Of a stretch of DNA of 64,000 nucleotides, positions 1 to 11,276 are shown piece by piece. The first letter of the stretch is position 1. Every line of letters begins with the position of its first letter. Below the pieces are notes generated by a model that worked only from the letters and a program-made list of their open reading frames with translations, was not told where the DNA came from and did no database searches. Both the position numbers and the translations under genes were made by a program. Origin of the DNA: Macrostomum lignano (Eukaryota); NCBI GenBank assembly GCA_002269645.1, contig NIVC01002540.1, positions 5,875-69,874 of the forward strand. Reading direction: 5' to 3'.

Positions 1-1189
1 GCCCTCGTTGCCGTGTCCGGCGACGCCGCCGACCCAGCCCTGGCTGATGCCGCCTCCGCGATCGCCGTAGCAGGTTCTGGTCCTGGAGATGGCCACTCCC
101 AGCCAGCCGGCTCCCAGGCCGCCCTTGTATGTCCTTGTAGACGGTCCGTAGCTCCCGGGCTGCCCGTTCGCACCGCCGTAGCCGACGTAGGAAGCCGTGC
201 CGACCGAGTCGGTTCCGTTTGGACCAGCCGATCCGTTCACGCCTGCGTTGAGGCCACAAAGATAGCAAAGATCGGAGCTGTGAGTCACCTAAATGCACTA
301 CGGTGATCACCATTAAAAGTACTTTAGAATCGTTGGTATCGTTAGAAGTGAAATCACGTTAGAAGTATCATGTTATTCTTAATTCATAGCCTGTATCTGA
401 ATTTATACCTTTGTATCCGATGGAGCCACCGCCGCCTCCGCCAGCAGCCAGGTACAGCAAGTTGTCCGAGCTCCGGTACACGAAGGTGCCGCCGCCGCCG
501 CCAGAAGCGGCGTGGTTGTAACTTTGAGTGGCGTCGCCGCCCCGCTGTCCGATCACCAGGCTGAGCTGCGTTCCCGCCGTCAGGTTGAAGCTGCCTCCGA
601 TGCGGGCGCCGAATCCGCCGGTGTAGACGGGGCTGAAGGCCGGGTTGGAGCTGCCGCCTCTGGCTCCGAGCGCCTCCATGCGGTAGCAGCCGGTCTCGTT
701 CACCGTCAGGGTCTGGATGGAGCCGGTCCGGCCCGAGCTGCTGTCTGGAATGCGAAGCAGTATGCCGTAATAAGCAAATCTTTGAGGAAGTCTTATATCT
801 CATTGAAATCTGAGCATTAGAAGGCAACTGCTCACTTCTATATGTATTATAGGTGATGTTCCACAGGATGTTGATCTTCTGTGAAACAAAGACCATTTCA
901 CCGCTGGTGCCATTGAAGGTTGTGTTGCATTCCGGCCTGGCCAGACGGAACAGCACAGGCTCAACATGAACAGTCCTGCAGACGCCGTCCTTGAACGCCG
1001 CAGCTGCACAGCCTGAGCTGCTGCACCGGAAAAGGCACTCAACGCTGCTGCGGATGCCCTGCAGAACTTCCACAGTCTTGCAGCTGTTCGTCCCCTGCCC
1101 CACGGTAACGACCGAGCCAGTGAGCGACTGTGCCAGACGAAAAACTTCGCTTAAATTTGCCTCTTCGGCTGCTAACGGGCAGACGAGAC
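1..1189 (-). CDS. Protein with a PAN/apple-like Cys module and an ALK/LTK-type TNF-like/glycine-rich domain (partial; 3' end runs off the window)
   Basis: Phase-compatible GT-AG exons 1189-902, 744-409 and 242-<1. Motifs GRTGSIQTLTVNETGCYRMEALGARGG, GGFGARIGGSFNLTAGTQLSLVIGQRGG and GGGGGTFV..LYLAAGGGGG match the ALK/LTK glycine-rich domain pattern. SVECLFRCSSSGCAAAAFKDGVC is PAN-like. Confidence 0.7.
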
Positions 1190-1248
1190 CTGGAAGTGTT
1201 TTTAGAGCAATGATACCGCTTTTGCAGAAATCATTCGTACGCTCGTAA

Positions 1249-1423
1249 TGTTTTATTCCTTGCCTTAGAGGCAAACTCGTAGATATTGCTGAATCATTGT
1301 CGCTTTAAATATAGGAATGTACATCTCGATCTATATGTACATTGATGTCAATAAATATATCGTTCGCTGCCCCGCAGGGTTTTCGTGTTTTTGATCTCAC
1401 ACTGCCAAATACCGCGTGTCACA
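1249..1423 (+). repeat. 5' LTR of the small element (175 bp)
   Basis: Direct repeat of 3044-3210 with about 11 substitutions and an 8-bp indel, counted by eye. Confidence 0.85.
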
Positions 1424-1425
1424 AG

Positions 1426-1436
1426 TGGTAGCAGAG
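1426..1436 (+). promoter_or_regulatory. Primer-binding site, initiator tRNA-Met type (TGGTAGCAGAG)
   Basis: Lies 2 nt after the LTR end and is complementary to the conserved 3' end of animal tRNAiMet (...CTCTGCTACCA). Confidence 0.75.
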
Positions 1437-1442
1437 CTCAGA

Positions 1443-2925
1443 ATGGCAGAGGGCAGCCACCGCGCGATTCCAAGAACTTTTGGCGCTCTGGCAACTTTAA
1501 TGAGTGGCTGCAGCGGTTTGAGCTGTGTGCAGCAGCCAACAAGTGGACAAATGACAAACACCTGCATCTGCCAACGTTTCTGGATGGCGAGGCTCTGGTG
1601 GCCTTCCTTGAGCTCAGCGACAAGGACAGAGCGACTACAGTCAGGTGACCAAAGACAGCACGACTCCGCCAAGATGGTCCGACAACAGACTGCGACACCT
1701 CAGCCGCATCTGGCGGAAGTTGCGAATTCAAGACGGCCTTCTCTGCCCGGCCTTCAACGACGCTGCAAGACCGAGGGAGGTTCCCGTGATTCCGGAGTTG
1801 CTGCGGCGCCAGTTCCTGACCGACATTCACGAGGGCATCGGCGGTCATTTCGGACCGGAGAAAATGGCCGACACGCTGAAGCAGACCGCGAGTTTCTGCC
1901 AGGAGTGCCAGAACTGCCAGCTGAAAAAGGCGCAGCGCCGGCCCGCAGCCCCTCTCGGTGAGATGCCGATCGGCAAGCCCTGGCAGACGGTGGCGATCGA
2001 TGTGCTGAAGGTGCCGACATCGGACCGAGGCAACAGCTACCTACTGGTGATGCAGGACCAGTTCTCCAAGTTCCTGACCGCCGTGCCGATGCCAGATCCG
2101 ACCGCCAAAACCATCGCGGACGCTGCAGTGAAAGTCTTCTCTCTGCTCGGAGTCCCGTCCGTCATCCACTCGGACCAGGGCGCGAACTTCGAGAGCGAGC
2201 TGTTCCAGGAGACGCTGAAAACACTGGGCATCAAGAAGATGCGCATTACGCCGTACCATCCGCAGGGAAATGGACTGGTGGAACGCGGCAACAAGTCGCT
2301 GCTGCAGCTGCTGAGGCTGTTCGCCGAGACTGAGTCCAGCTGGGAGGAGCAGCTGCTGCTGGTGGTCCTGTCCTACAACTACAGGGTCCACAGCTCAACC
2401 AATGTGGCGCCGCTGACGGTGATGACCGGCCGCGACCCGCAGCTCTCGCCGGAGGTGCAGAGCAGCGAGCAGCAGTTCGACATCGGCACCTACTCAGCAC
2501 TGCTGGAGCGGCGGCTGGCCCGGATCCGCGAGTTCATCGAGAAGAACCTGGTAGCCGCCGGGCAGCAGCAGAAGGCCGCTCACAACAAGAAGGCGGCGGA
2601 CCTGCCGCAGTTCCCGCAAGGTGCCAAGGTGCTGCTCAGCATCGAAATGCGGCGCTCAAAGTCGGCGCCCTACTGGGAGCCGGGCTGGACGGTGCTTGAG
2701 CAGCGCGGTCACTCGGTGTGCATCCGCCGCGCCTTCGGCAGCCGGCCGGTCCGCTGGGTGCACGTGAACCGGCTGCGCAAGCGGTTCGCAGCCCAGCCCG
2801 ACTCTGACCAGCTCCGTCAGCAGCCGGTGACCCACCAGGTCGCGCCGGAGACCAGCCAGACCGAGCGGCGGTACCCGGCCAGGCAGCGGCGGCCTCCGGA
2901 CTTCTTTGGCGTGAGCACTGAGTGA
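1443..2925 (+). CDS. Gag-N/integrase fusion reading frame with two -1 frameshifts
   Basis: ATG at 1443. Restoring one G near 1485 and one near 1632 gives PRTFGGSGNFNEW...DRADYSQVTK, in frame with ORF 1645-2925. That ORF has H2C2 (shortened by about 10 aa), the catalytic residues AIDVL, HSDQG and VERGN, and C-terminal RRYPARQRRPP. Confidence 0.7.
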
Positions 2926-3043
2926 GAGACAGAGACCGGTGTGGACTGTTCTTTTATTGCATCTGTTGTAGCTGGTTGTCTTTTTGTGCTACCGTTTGAT
3001 TTTATTACCTCATTTGCTTTTACTCTTTTTGTTGGGGGGAAAA

Positions 3044-3210
3044 TGGGAAATTTCTTGCCTTAGAGGCAAACTCGTGGATATTGCTGAATCATTGTCGCTT
3101 TGTATATAGGAATGTACATCTCGATTTATATGTACATTGATGCCAATAAATATATCGTTCGCTGGGTTTTCGTGTTTTTGATCTCACACTGCCAAATACC
3201 GCGTGTTACA
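3044..3210 (+). repeat. 3' LTR of the small element (167 bp)
   Basis: Follows the polypurine tract, ends GTGTTACA and matches 1249-1423. Confidence 0.85.
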
Positions 3211-3957
3211 ATTATACGGTATTAAAATGAACTTACGGACAGCACTTTTTCTTGCTCTTTCTCATATTTTAAACAAAATGTCAATCATGGATTTTGAGCT
3301 GTTCTATCAGAACCGTGACTTTTTGGTAGTATTCAGAATTCGCATTCTTACCTATCAGAAGCAGAGCGAGCACCAAATTCAAGGCAGAATTCATACTCAA
3401 TTGCTGCAGGTAAAAACGCTGGTGAAATCACTTGAGATAGGAGCAGACAGTCGCACATGTCGCTCATTTGCCCTCAGTTTTTAAAGGCGAGCTAGGCCTC
3501 TTAGGCCGAGCTAAAACTGGGGTGTTGGGAAGCTAATCGTTGCCATGCCAACCGATCGGGGCTCCAAACAACAGCTGACTGGCTAAGAGGGCCGTTGGGG
3601 CAGAAACATGGAGGCCTCACCCCATTGACTCTGAGAGGGATCAACTCCTGGGAGTCGACATAGAAGCAACATAGTTTTCGAACAATTTTATATAGCATTT
3701 AACAAAATGCTTTCGTAAGCCACAACAATACACCAGAGACCAATGGGCGAGATTAAAAAACTAGAAATTCTTCTCAGCATGAGCTATTGTCAGATTGAAT
3801 TTGAATTTTAATGATTTAAATCAGATTGATCGAACAATAAAAACAAAAATTTTCACGGTAACTTTCCGAAAATTGGGGCTTATAACAATATTTAGGTCGA
3901 TTCACTGGGATTTAAAGTGTGAAGCTGAGCGCTTGATGCGCTACGGTATTGACCGGT

Positions 3958-6795
3958 GGCTGTCTATGGTAGCCTTCCGTGATAAACGGGTGTCTATGGT
4001 AGCTGTCCGTGACAAACGGGTGTCTATGGTAGCCTTCCGTGACAAACGGTTGTCTATGGTAGCCTTCCGTGACAAACGGGTGTCTATGGTAGCCTTCCGT
4101 GACAAACGGGTGTCTATGGTAGCCTTCCGTGACAAACGGGTGTCTATGGTAGCTGTCCGTGACAAACGGGTGTCTATGGTAGCCTTCCGTGACAAACGGT
4201 TGTCTATGGTAGCCTTCCGTGACAAACGGGTGTCTATGGTAGCTGTCCGTGACAAACGGGTGTCTATGGTAGCCTTCCGTGACAAACGGGTGTCTATGGT
4301 AGCCTTCCGTGACAAACGGTGTCTATGGTAGCCTTCCGTGACAAACGGGTGTCTATGGTAGCCTTCCGTGATAAACGGGTGTCTATGGTAGCCTTCCGTG
4401 ACAAACGGGTGTCTATGGTAGCTGTCCGTGACAAACGGGTGTCTATGGTAGCCTTCCGTGACAAACGGTTGTCTATGGTAGCCTTCCGTGACAAACGGGT
4501 GTCTATGGTAGCCTTCCGTGACAAACGGGTGTCTATGGTAGCCTTCCGTGACAAACGGGTGTCTATGGTAGCTGTCCGTGACAAACGGTGTCTATGGTAG
4601 CCTTCCGTGACAAACGGGTGTCTATGGTAGCTGTCCGTGACAAACGGGTGTCTATGGTAGCTGTCCGTGACAAACGGCTGTCTATGGTAGCCTTCCGTGA
4701 CAAACGGGTGTCTATGGTAGCCTTCCGTGACAAACGGGTGTCTATGGTAGCTGTCCGTGACAAACGGGTGTCTATGGTAGCCTTCCGTGACAAACGGGTG
4801 TCTATGGTAGCCTTCCGTGACAAACGGGTGTCTATGGTAGCCTTCCGTGACAAACGGGTGTCTATGGTAGCCTTCCGTGACAAACGGGTGTCTATGGTAG
4901 CCTTCCGTGACAAACGGTGTCTATGGTAGCCTTCCGTGACAAACGGGTGTCTATGGTAGCCTTCCGTGACAAACGGGTGTCTATGGTAGCCTTCCGTGAC
5001 AAACGGTTGTCTATGGTAGCCTTCCGTGACAAACGGGTGTCTATGGTAGCCTTCCGTGACAAACGGGTGTCTATGGTAGCCTTCCGTGACAAACGGGTGT
5101 CTATGGTAGCCTTCCGTGACAAACGGTTGTCTATGGTAGCCTTCCGTGACAAACGGTTGTCTATGGTAGCCTTCCGTGACAAACGGTTGTCTATGGTAGC
5201 CTTCCGTGACAAACGGGTGTCTATGGTAGCCTTCCGTGACAAACGGGTGTCTATGGTAGCCTTCCGTGACAAACGGGTGTCTATGGTAGCCTTCCGTGAC
5301 AAACGGTTGTCTATGGTAGCCTTCCGTGACAAACGGGTGTCTATGGTAGCCTTCCGTGACAAACGGGTGTCTATGGTAGCCTTCCGTGACAAACGGGTGT
5401 CTATGGTAGCTTTCCGTGACAAACGAGTGTCTATGGTAGCCTTCCGTGACAAACGGGTGTCTATGGTAGCCTTCCGTGACAAACGGTTGTCTATGGTAGC
5501 CTTCCGTGACAAACGGGTGTCTATGGTAGCCTTCCGTGACAAACGGGTGTCCATGGTAGCCTTCCGTGACAAACGGTTGTCTATGGTAGCTGTCTGTGAC
5601 AAACGGGTGTCTATGGTAGCCTTCCGTGACAAACGGTTGTCTATGGTAGCTGTCCGTGACAAACGGGTGTCTATGGTAGCCTTCCGTGACAAACGGGTGT
5701 CTATGGTAGCCTTCCGTGACAAACGGGTGTCCATGGTAGCCTTCCGTGACAAACGGGTGTCTATGGTAGCTTTCCGTGACAAACGAGTGTCTATGGTAGC
5801 CTTCCGTGACAAACGGGTGTCTATGGTAGCCTTCCGTGACAAACGGTTGTCTATGGTAGCCTTCCGTGACAAACGGGTGTCTATGGTAGCCTTCCGTGAC
5901 AAACGGGTGTCCATGGTAGCCTTCCGTGACAAACGGTTGTCTATGGTAGCTGTCTGTGACAAACGGGTGTCTATGGTAGCCTTCCGTGACAAACGGTTGT
6001 CTATGGTAGCTGTCCGTGACAAACGGGTGTCTATGGTAGCCTTCCGTGACAAACGGGTGTCTATGGTAGCCTTCCGTGACAAACGGGTGTCCATGGTAGC
6101 CTTCCGTGACAAACGGTTGTCTATGGTAGCTGTCTGTGACAAACGGTTGTCTATGGTAGCCTTCCGTGACAAACGGTTGCAAACGGTTGTCTATGGTAGC
6201 CTTCCGTGACAAACGGTTGCAAACGGTTGTCTATGGTAGCCTTCCGTGACAAACGGGTGTCTATGGTAGCCTTCCGTGACAAACGGGTGTCTATGGTAGC
6301 TGTCTGTGACAAACGGTTGTCTATGGTAGCCTTCCGTGACAAACGGTTGTCTATGGTAGCCTTCCGTGACAAACGGTTGTCTATGGTAGCCTTCCGTGAC
6401 AAACGGTTGTCTATGGTAGCCTTCCGTGACAAACGGTTGCAAACGGTTGTCTATGGTAGCCTTCCGTGACAAACGGTTGCAAACGGTTGTCTATGGTAGC
6501 CTTCCGTGACAAACGGGTGTCTATGGTAGCCTTCCGTGACAAACGGGTGTCCATGGTAGCCTTCCGTGACAAACGGTTGCAAACGGTTGTCTATGGTAGC
6601 CTTCCGTGACAAACGGTTGCAAACGGTTGTCTATGGTAGCCTTCCGTGACAAACGGGTGTCTATGGTAGCCTTCCGTGACAAACGGGTGTCCATGGTAGC
6701 CTTCCGTGACAAACGGTTGCAAACGGTTGTCTATGGTAGCCTTCCGTGACAAACGGTTGCAAACGGGTGTCTATGGTAGCTGTCTGTGACAAACC
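3958..6795. repeat. 30-bp tandem satellite (GTCTATGGTAGCCTTCCGTGACAAACGGGT)n, about 90 copies
   Basis: Directly visible. The distal part has 40-bp variants with an extra GCAAACGGTT. Confidence 0.97.
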
Positions 6796-6859
6796 TGTGT
6801 TTATGGTGTGTTCAACTGTTTGGCTTAGGCGCAGGTAGAGTTCGTCAGCAGCTTTATTT

Positions 6860-7710
6860 TTACGCAGCCGTCGTTGCTGACAACGTTTGCTCCAGGGTTG
6901 GCTGAGCAGCCGACGCCGGAGCAGAAGGAGCCGCGCCGCCGACAGCCTGAGAATACCAGCTACCGGCTCCGCCGCCGCTGAAGCCGCCGCCGTTGAAGCC
7001 GCCGCCGCTGAAGCCGCTGCCGCCTCTGGCAGCGCATTTATGATGGCCGCCGCCTTCGCCGAAGCCTTCGATGGCGCCCTTATTGCCGTGTCCGGCGACA
7101 CCGCCGATCCAGCCTTCGTTGATGCCGCCTCCACGATCGCCGTAGCACGTGATGGTCCTGGCGTTGGGGACTCCCAGCCAGGCGGCTCCCAGGCCGCCCC
7201 TGCATGTCATTGTGGACGGTCCGTAGCTCCCGGACTGTCCGTTCGCACCGCCATAGCCGATTAATAAGGCGTTGCCGATGGAGTCGGTTCCGTTCAGACC
7301 AGCTGATCCGTTGACACATGTACCAAGCACATCGTAATTAATGAGCTCAGATCACGCTTGTGGAGTGCCGTTTTTCACTTGTTTTAGAAATGATGCAAAA
7401 AGGGCCTGAATATAAGTTCCATGCCAGTCTTTCTCGTGAGCGCATGTGTTTGACTGGATTTTAATTTACCGCTTTCAAATATCATCTACGCGTTTTGAGT
7501 GGCGTCGCCGCCCCGCTGTCCGATCACCAGGCTGAGCTGCATTCCCGCCGTCAGGTTGAAGCTGCCTCCGATGCGGGCCCCGAATCCGCCGGTGTAGACG
7601 GGGCTGAAGGCCGGGTTGGTGCTGCCGCCTCTGGCTCCGAGCGCCTCCATGCGGTAGCAGCCGGTCTCGTTCACCGCAACGTAGATAATTTTGCCAGTTC
7701 TGCCCATGCC
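6860..7710 (-). pseudogene. Second glycine-rich-domain paralogue, apparently truncated or degenerate
   Basis: 7680-7495 is nearly identical to 706-520, and 7320-7075 is homologous to 245-1. The GGGGGTFV...LAAGGGGG segment is missing (frame ends GDATQNA*) and there is no clear acceptor before 7320. Confidence 0.55.
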
Positions 7711-8904
7711 GGAGCCTGATGAATGGGTAGTTTAGTGGCACACGGGTTTCTTAGATGCTCAATCATCTGAGTAAGCAGCCACAGATATACTTGAGTATTC
7801 GTACTATAAATTACAGTTGCGACACGGGCAGAAGCAACGGCGATCGTGTCTGCCATCAGTTCGGCCTGTAGAACTCGTTGATTTGCATTCGCAGCAAGTT
7901 CTCTGCTCCGCCAGCAGTCAGCCGCGGCCGAGGCAGCCGCAGGCAGAAGCCACAAGAGCTGGCAGTCCCCAACTGGCGGAGTTGTGCATCAGAGCGTCCC
8001 AGCAGTTGGAGCATCCAAAAAGCTTACCAAAAATCAAAATAATCATAAAAATCATTTAGAGCCTTCTGACTCCAAATAATTGTTAGTATGCTTCAGCTAG
8101 GCTCGCGTAATGGTTTCTATAATATTGCCACGGAAAAGCTACGGAAGATGCAACAGCTCAAACCTTCATGGAGCTGGCTGTCTTTATAGCAGAGAAATTC
8201 GCAGCTGTGGCCAGAACACACACAGCTCTGCAGCATACAGAGTAACCGAATATTGAAAACATGAAATCGCTCAAGAACGCTCAAGATTCCGACTTCAGCA
8301 TTAGGTGTCTAGAATGCGAAAGATGGAGAGCATCATCGAAGAGAAAAATTCACTCCCCTCCTCTGTGGAATAGATTTCTCGCGACTGGCAGCTGAGCGCT
8401 CAGGAGCAATGCTCAGATGAGGCGAAACAGCTGCTGGAGCGAGCGTAGCATGAAGTTTGACTAGCTGAGCCCAGCTCACCCAACCGCAGCCAGCGTTGGA
8501 ACATACTTCAAGACTGGTTAGACAGTCTTTAACAGCATAGCAACCGACAGCAACCTACCTGTTAGTTAATGTCAATTTTCTGCTTTAGTTTCTGCTTCAG
8601 CGACTCTGCCAACAAGAGCAACTACCTGCTGAGAGATGCCTAGGTGAGTCTTGCAACCGTGAACCGTAACGCGATGCTGAGTAAGTTGAATGAGGCCAAC
8701 TTATTGGAGAAATTTTTTTGTGAGTAGCGTCTGCCGGTCCGTGTCAGTTGGAAATGAATTAAAGCCTTCATGATTCCATTGAGACAAACCCATGCCGGAT
8801 TTTAATTTTATTTATTCTGTTATTATTACTATTGCTAGTCAAAAGAAACACAGCTCCTTTGCGGCAATGCTTGTAGAAACATCAGATCTAGACAATCTCA
8901 AGCA

Positions 8905-9835
8905 GGAAGATGAGGATGAGGATGAAGATGGGATGAGGATGAGAATGAAGATGAGGATGAGGATGAAGATGAGGATGAGGATGAAGATAAAGATGAGGAT
9001 GAGATTGGGGATGAGGATGAGGATGAGGATGAGGATAAGAATGAGGATGAGGATAAAAATGAAGATGAGGATGAAGATGAGAATGAGAATGGGGATGAGA
9101 ATAAGGATGAGGATGAGGATAAAAATGAAGATGAGGATGAGGATGAGAATGAGAATGGGGATGAGAATAAGGATGAGGATGAGGATAAAAATGAAGATGA
9201 GGATGAGGATGAGGATGAGGATGAGAATGAGAATGAGGATGAAAATGAAGATGAGGATGAGGATGAGGATGAGAATGGGGATGAGAATAAGGATGAGGAT
9301 GAGGATAAAAATGAAGATGAGGATGAGGATGAGGATGAGAATGGGGATGAGAATAAGGATGAGGATGAGGATAAAAATGAAGATGAGGATGAGGATGAGA
9401 ATGAGAATGGGGATGAGAATAAGGATGAGGATGAGGATAAAAATGAAGATGAGGATGAGGATGAGGATGAGGATGAGAATGAGAATGAGGATGAAAATGA
9501 AGATGAGGATGAGGATGAGGATGAGGATGAGAATGAGAATGAGGATGAAAATGAAGATGAGGATGAGGATGAGGATGAGAATGGGGATGAGAATAGGATG
9601 AGGATGAGGATAAAAATGAAGATGAGGATGAGGATGAGGATGAGAATGGGGATGAGAATAAGGATGAGGATGAGGATAAAAATGAAGATGAGGATGAGGA
9701 TGAGAATGAGAATGGGGATGAGAATAAGGATGAGGATGAGGATAAAAATGAAGATGAGGATGAGGATGAGGATGAGGATGAGAATGAGAATGAGGATGAA
9801 AATGAAGATGAAGATGAGGATGAGAATGAGGATGG
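8905..9835. repeat. (GATGAG)n-type purine microsatellite with internal higher-order blocks
   Basis: Directly visible. The block ...GAGAATGGGGATGAGAATAAGGATGAGGATGAGGATAAAAATGAAGAT... recurs several times. Confidence 0.95.
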
Positions 9836-9859
9836 AAAACGAAAAGACGAAAAAGCGCA

Positions 9860-10010
9860 ATTAAACGACCATTAACTACTGGAGAAAAGTAATTAAGAAA
9901 GACAGGAGACGAGCCGGACAACATTGAACAGATAGCGCGGGACCGAAAATCATGGAAGTCAGTAATCAAGGCAAGAATGGACTACCTAAGAAAATGGGAA
10001 GGGTCGAAAG
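9860..10010 (+). mobile_element. Probable 3' remnant of an RTE-like LINE ORF
   Basis: Translates, with one shift, to NYWRKVIKK..EPDNIEQIARDRKSWKSVIKARM. This resembles the W...A.DR..W C-terminal motif of RTE-clade ORFs. Confidence 0.4.
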
Positions 10011-11276
10011 CTGCGGATAAGGGTGGTTGTCGACACAGCGGGGAGGCGAGGATCGCCCATTCCGCTAGCCCCTGGAGGCCCGCAGACAGGCAGAGGCGTG
10101 GGGCCGGTCAGGGTGGTCCGCCGGTCCGTCCGGCAGCGGGATCTTCCGTGGAGAAGAAAGTGGCTCGTCTTGTCGCCCGAAGGAACTGGATGAGATTAGA
10201 TAGTTGCTCCGTCAAAAAATTGTCAGGGGGGGATTCCCCCCCCCTTGGTAGGTTGACGGCAGAAAACTGAAAAATGGCTTGGTATTCCTACTGTTATGCT
10301 ATTGCATACCTACTAATAGGAGCATATACTGAACGAGTGCTCTACATTAAATTCGTGCCAGGTGGTAAAGGTTTAAACGAAATTGTTTAGTCTTATGGTT
10401 TGAATTTGTTGGCACTGAACAGAAATTTCCCTATTGAATAGTATAGCATTTTCCACTAAGATCGTCAGGAAGCTTCCAGATCGGAATCAATTCCCGGGTC
10501 GGACGGGCAAGGCGAAGATTGGCCTAAAAAGTATTTGCTGTTTGTGAAAGCTTCTGTCTCGCAGTTCCTGACTCATTGCCGCGTTAGTTGCTACGGGAGG
10601 GGCAAAACTTGTCAGGAAAGCCCAGCGGAACTCAAAGCTTTGGCTCCCATATTCCTCGACAAGGCGTGACAGGCAGGCAGCTTTATCAATGCTGACTCCA
10701 AATTTCCCGTTTCACCCCCAGTCTGGAAGCGCAGGATGTGGGACTCCAGTCGCAGACAAGGCACTTCAAACTTGCCATCCGGAAATGTGCAGCGTTTTCT
10801 CCTCCGTCACGGCGCGGGCGGGGCGGCAGGCCATGCAATATGCAGCAGCGGCGCAACGGGTCCAGCAAGGCCTGAAGAAGTGCTGGGCCTGAATTATTCA
10901 CTGCAGCGGAAGCAGCAAGGACAGGGTGGCGACAGGGAGGGACATGAAGAGGAGGGGGGGAGGAGCGAACCCCACTGACTGGTCAAAACAATGGAGGGGA
11001 ATTGAGCTGCCTGGGGGATGGGGCTTAAAAAGCTTAAAAAGCTTCTGTAGAGATGCCCCTGGAAAACTAGGATTGCAGCGCCACAGAGGTGCAGCTAATG
11101 AGCAGTGGGAAGTTGTCCGGCCGCCGCCGACCTCCCCAAACTCTCTCCTTTCCAGCGCTTCTGTTAGCCCTTCACGGCCCCATCTATCCTGCTGGCCTGA
11201 TATAAAACAGCTGTTTCCAGGGCCGACTGAGTTAGGAGCGACGCCCGTTTTCCGCTGCAGCTCCTCCGCTCTCAAA

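Larger units (their letters stand above)
1249..3210 (+). mobile_element. Internally deleted Ty3/Gypsy LTR retrotransposon (Gag N-terminus joined to integrase; no PR, RT or RH)
   Basis: TG...CA direct repeats at 1249-1423 and 3044-3210, PBS at 1426, purine tract GGGGGGAAAA before the 3' LTR, gag motif FNEWLQRFELCAAANKW and a DDE integrase. No matching TSD (CGTAA vs ATTAT). Confidence 0.85.

Noticed and set aside
3795-6712. Long ORFs (VSMVAFRDKR, HPFVTEGYHR repeats)
   Set aside because: These are translations of a 30-bp satellite that is open in several frames on both strands; there is no coding evidence.
8792-9969. MRMRMK / ILILIF / poly-Ser ORFs
   Set aside because: These are frames of the (GATGAG)n microsatellite.
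10926-11276. N-terminal 117 aa of the 500-aa ORF
   Set aside because: It has a GTG start and non-coding-like composition; a better ATG follows an acceptor-like site at 11260-11277.
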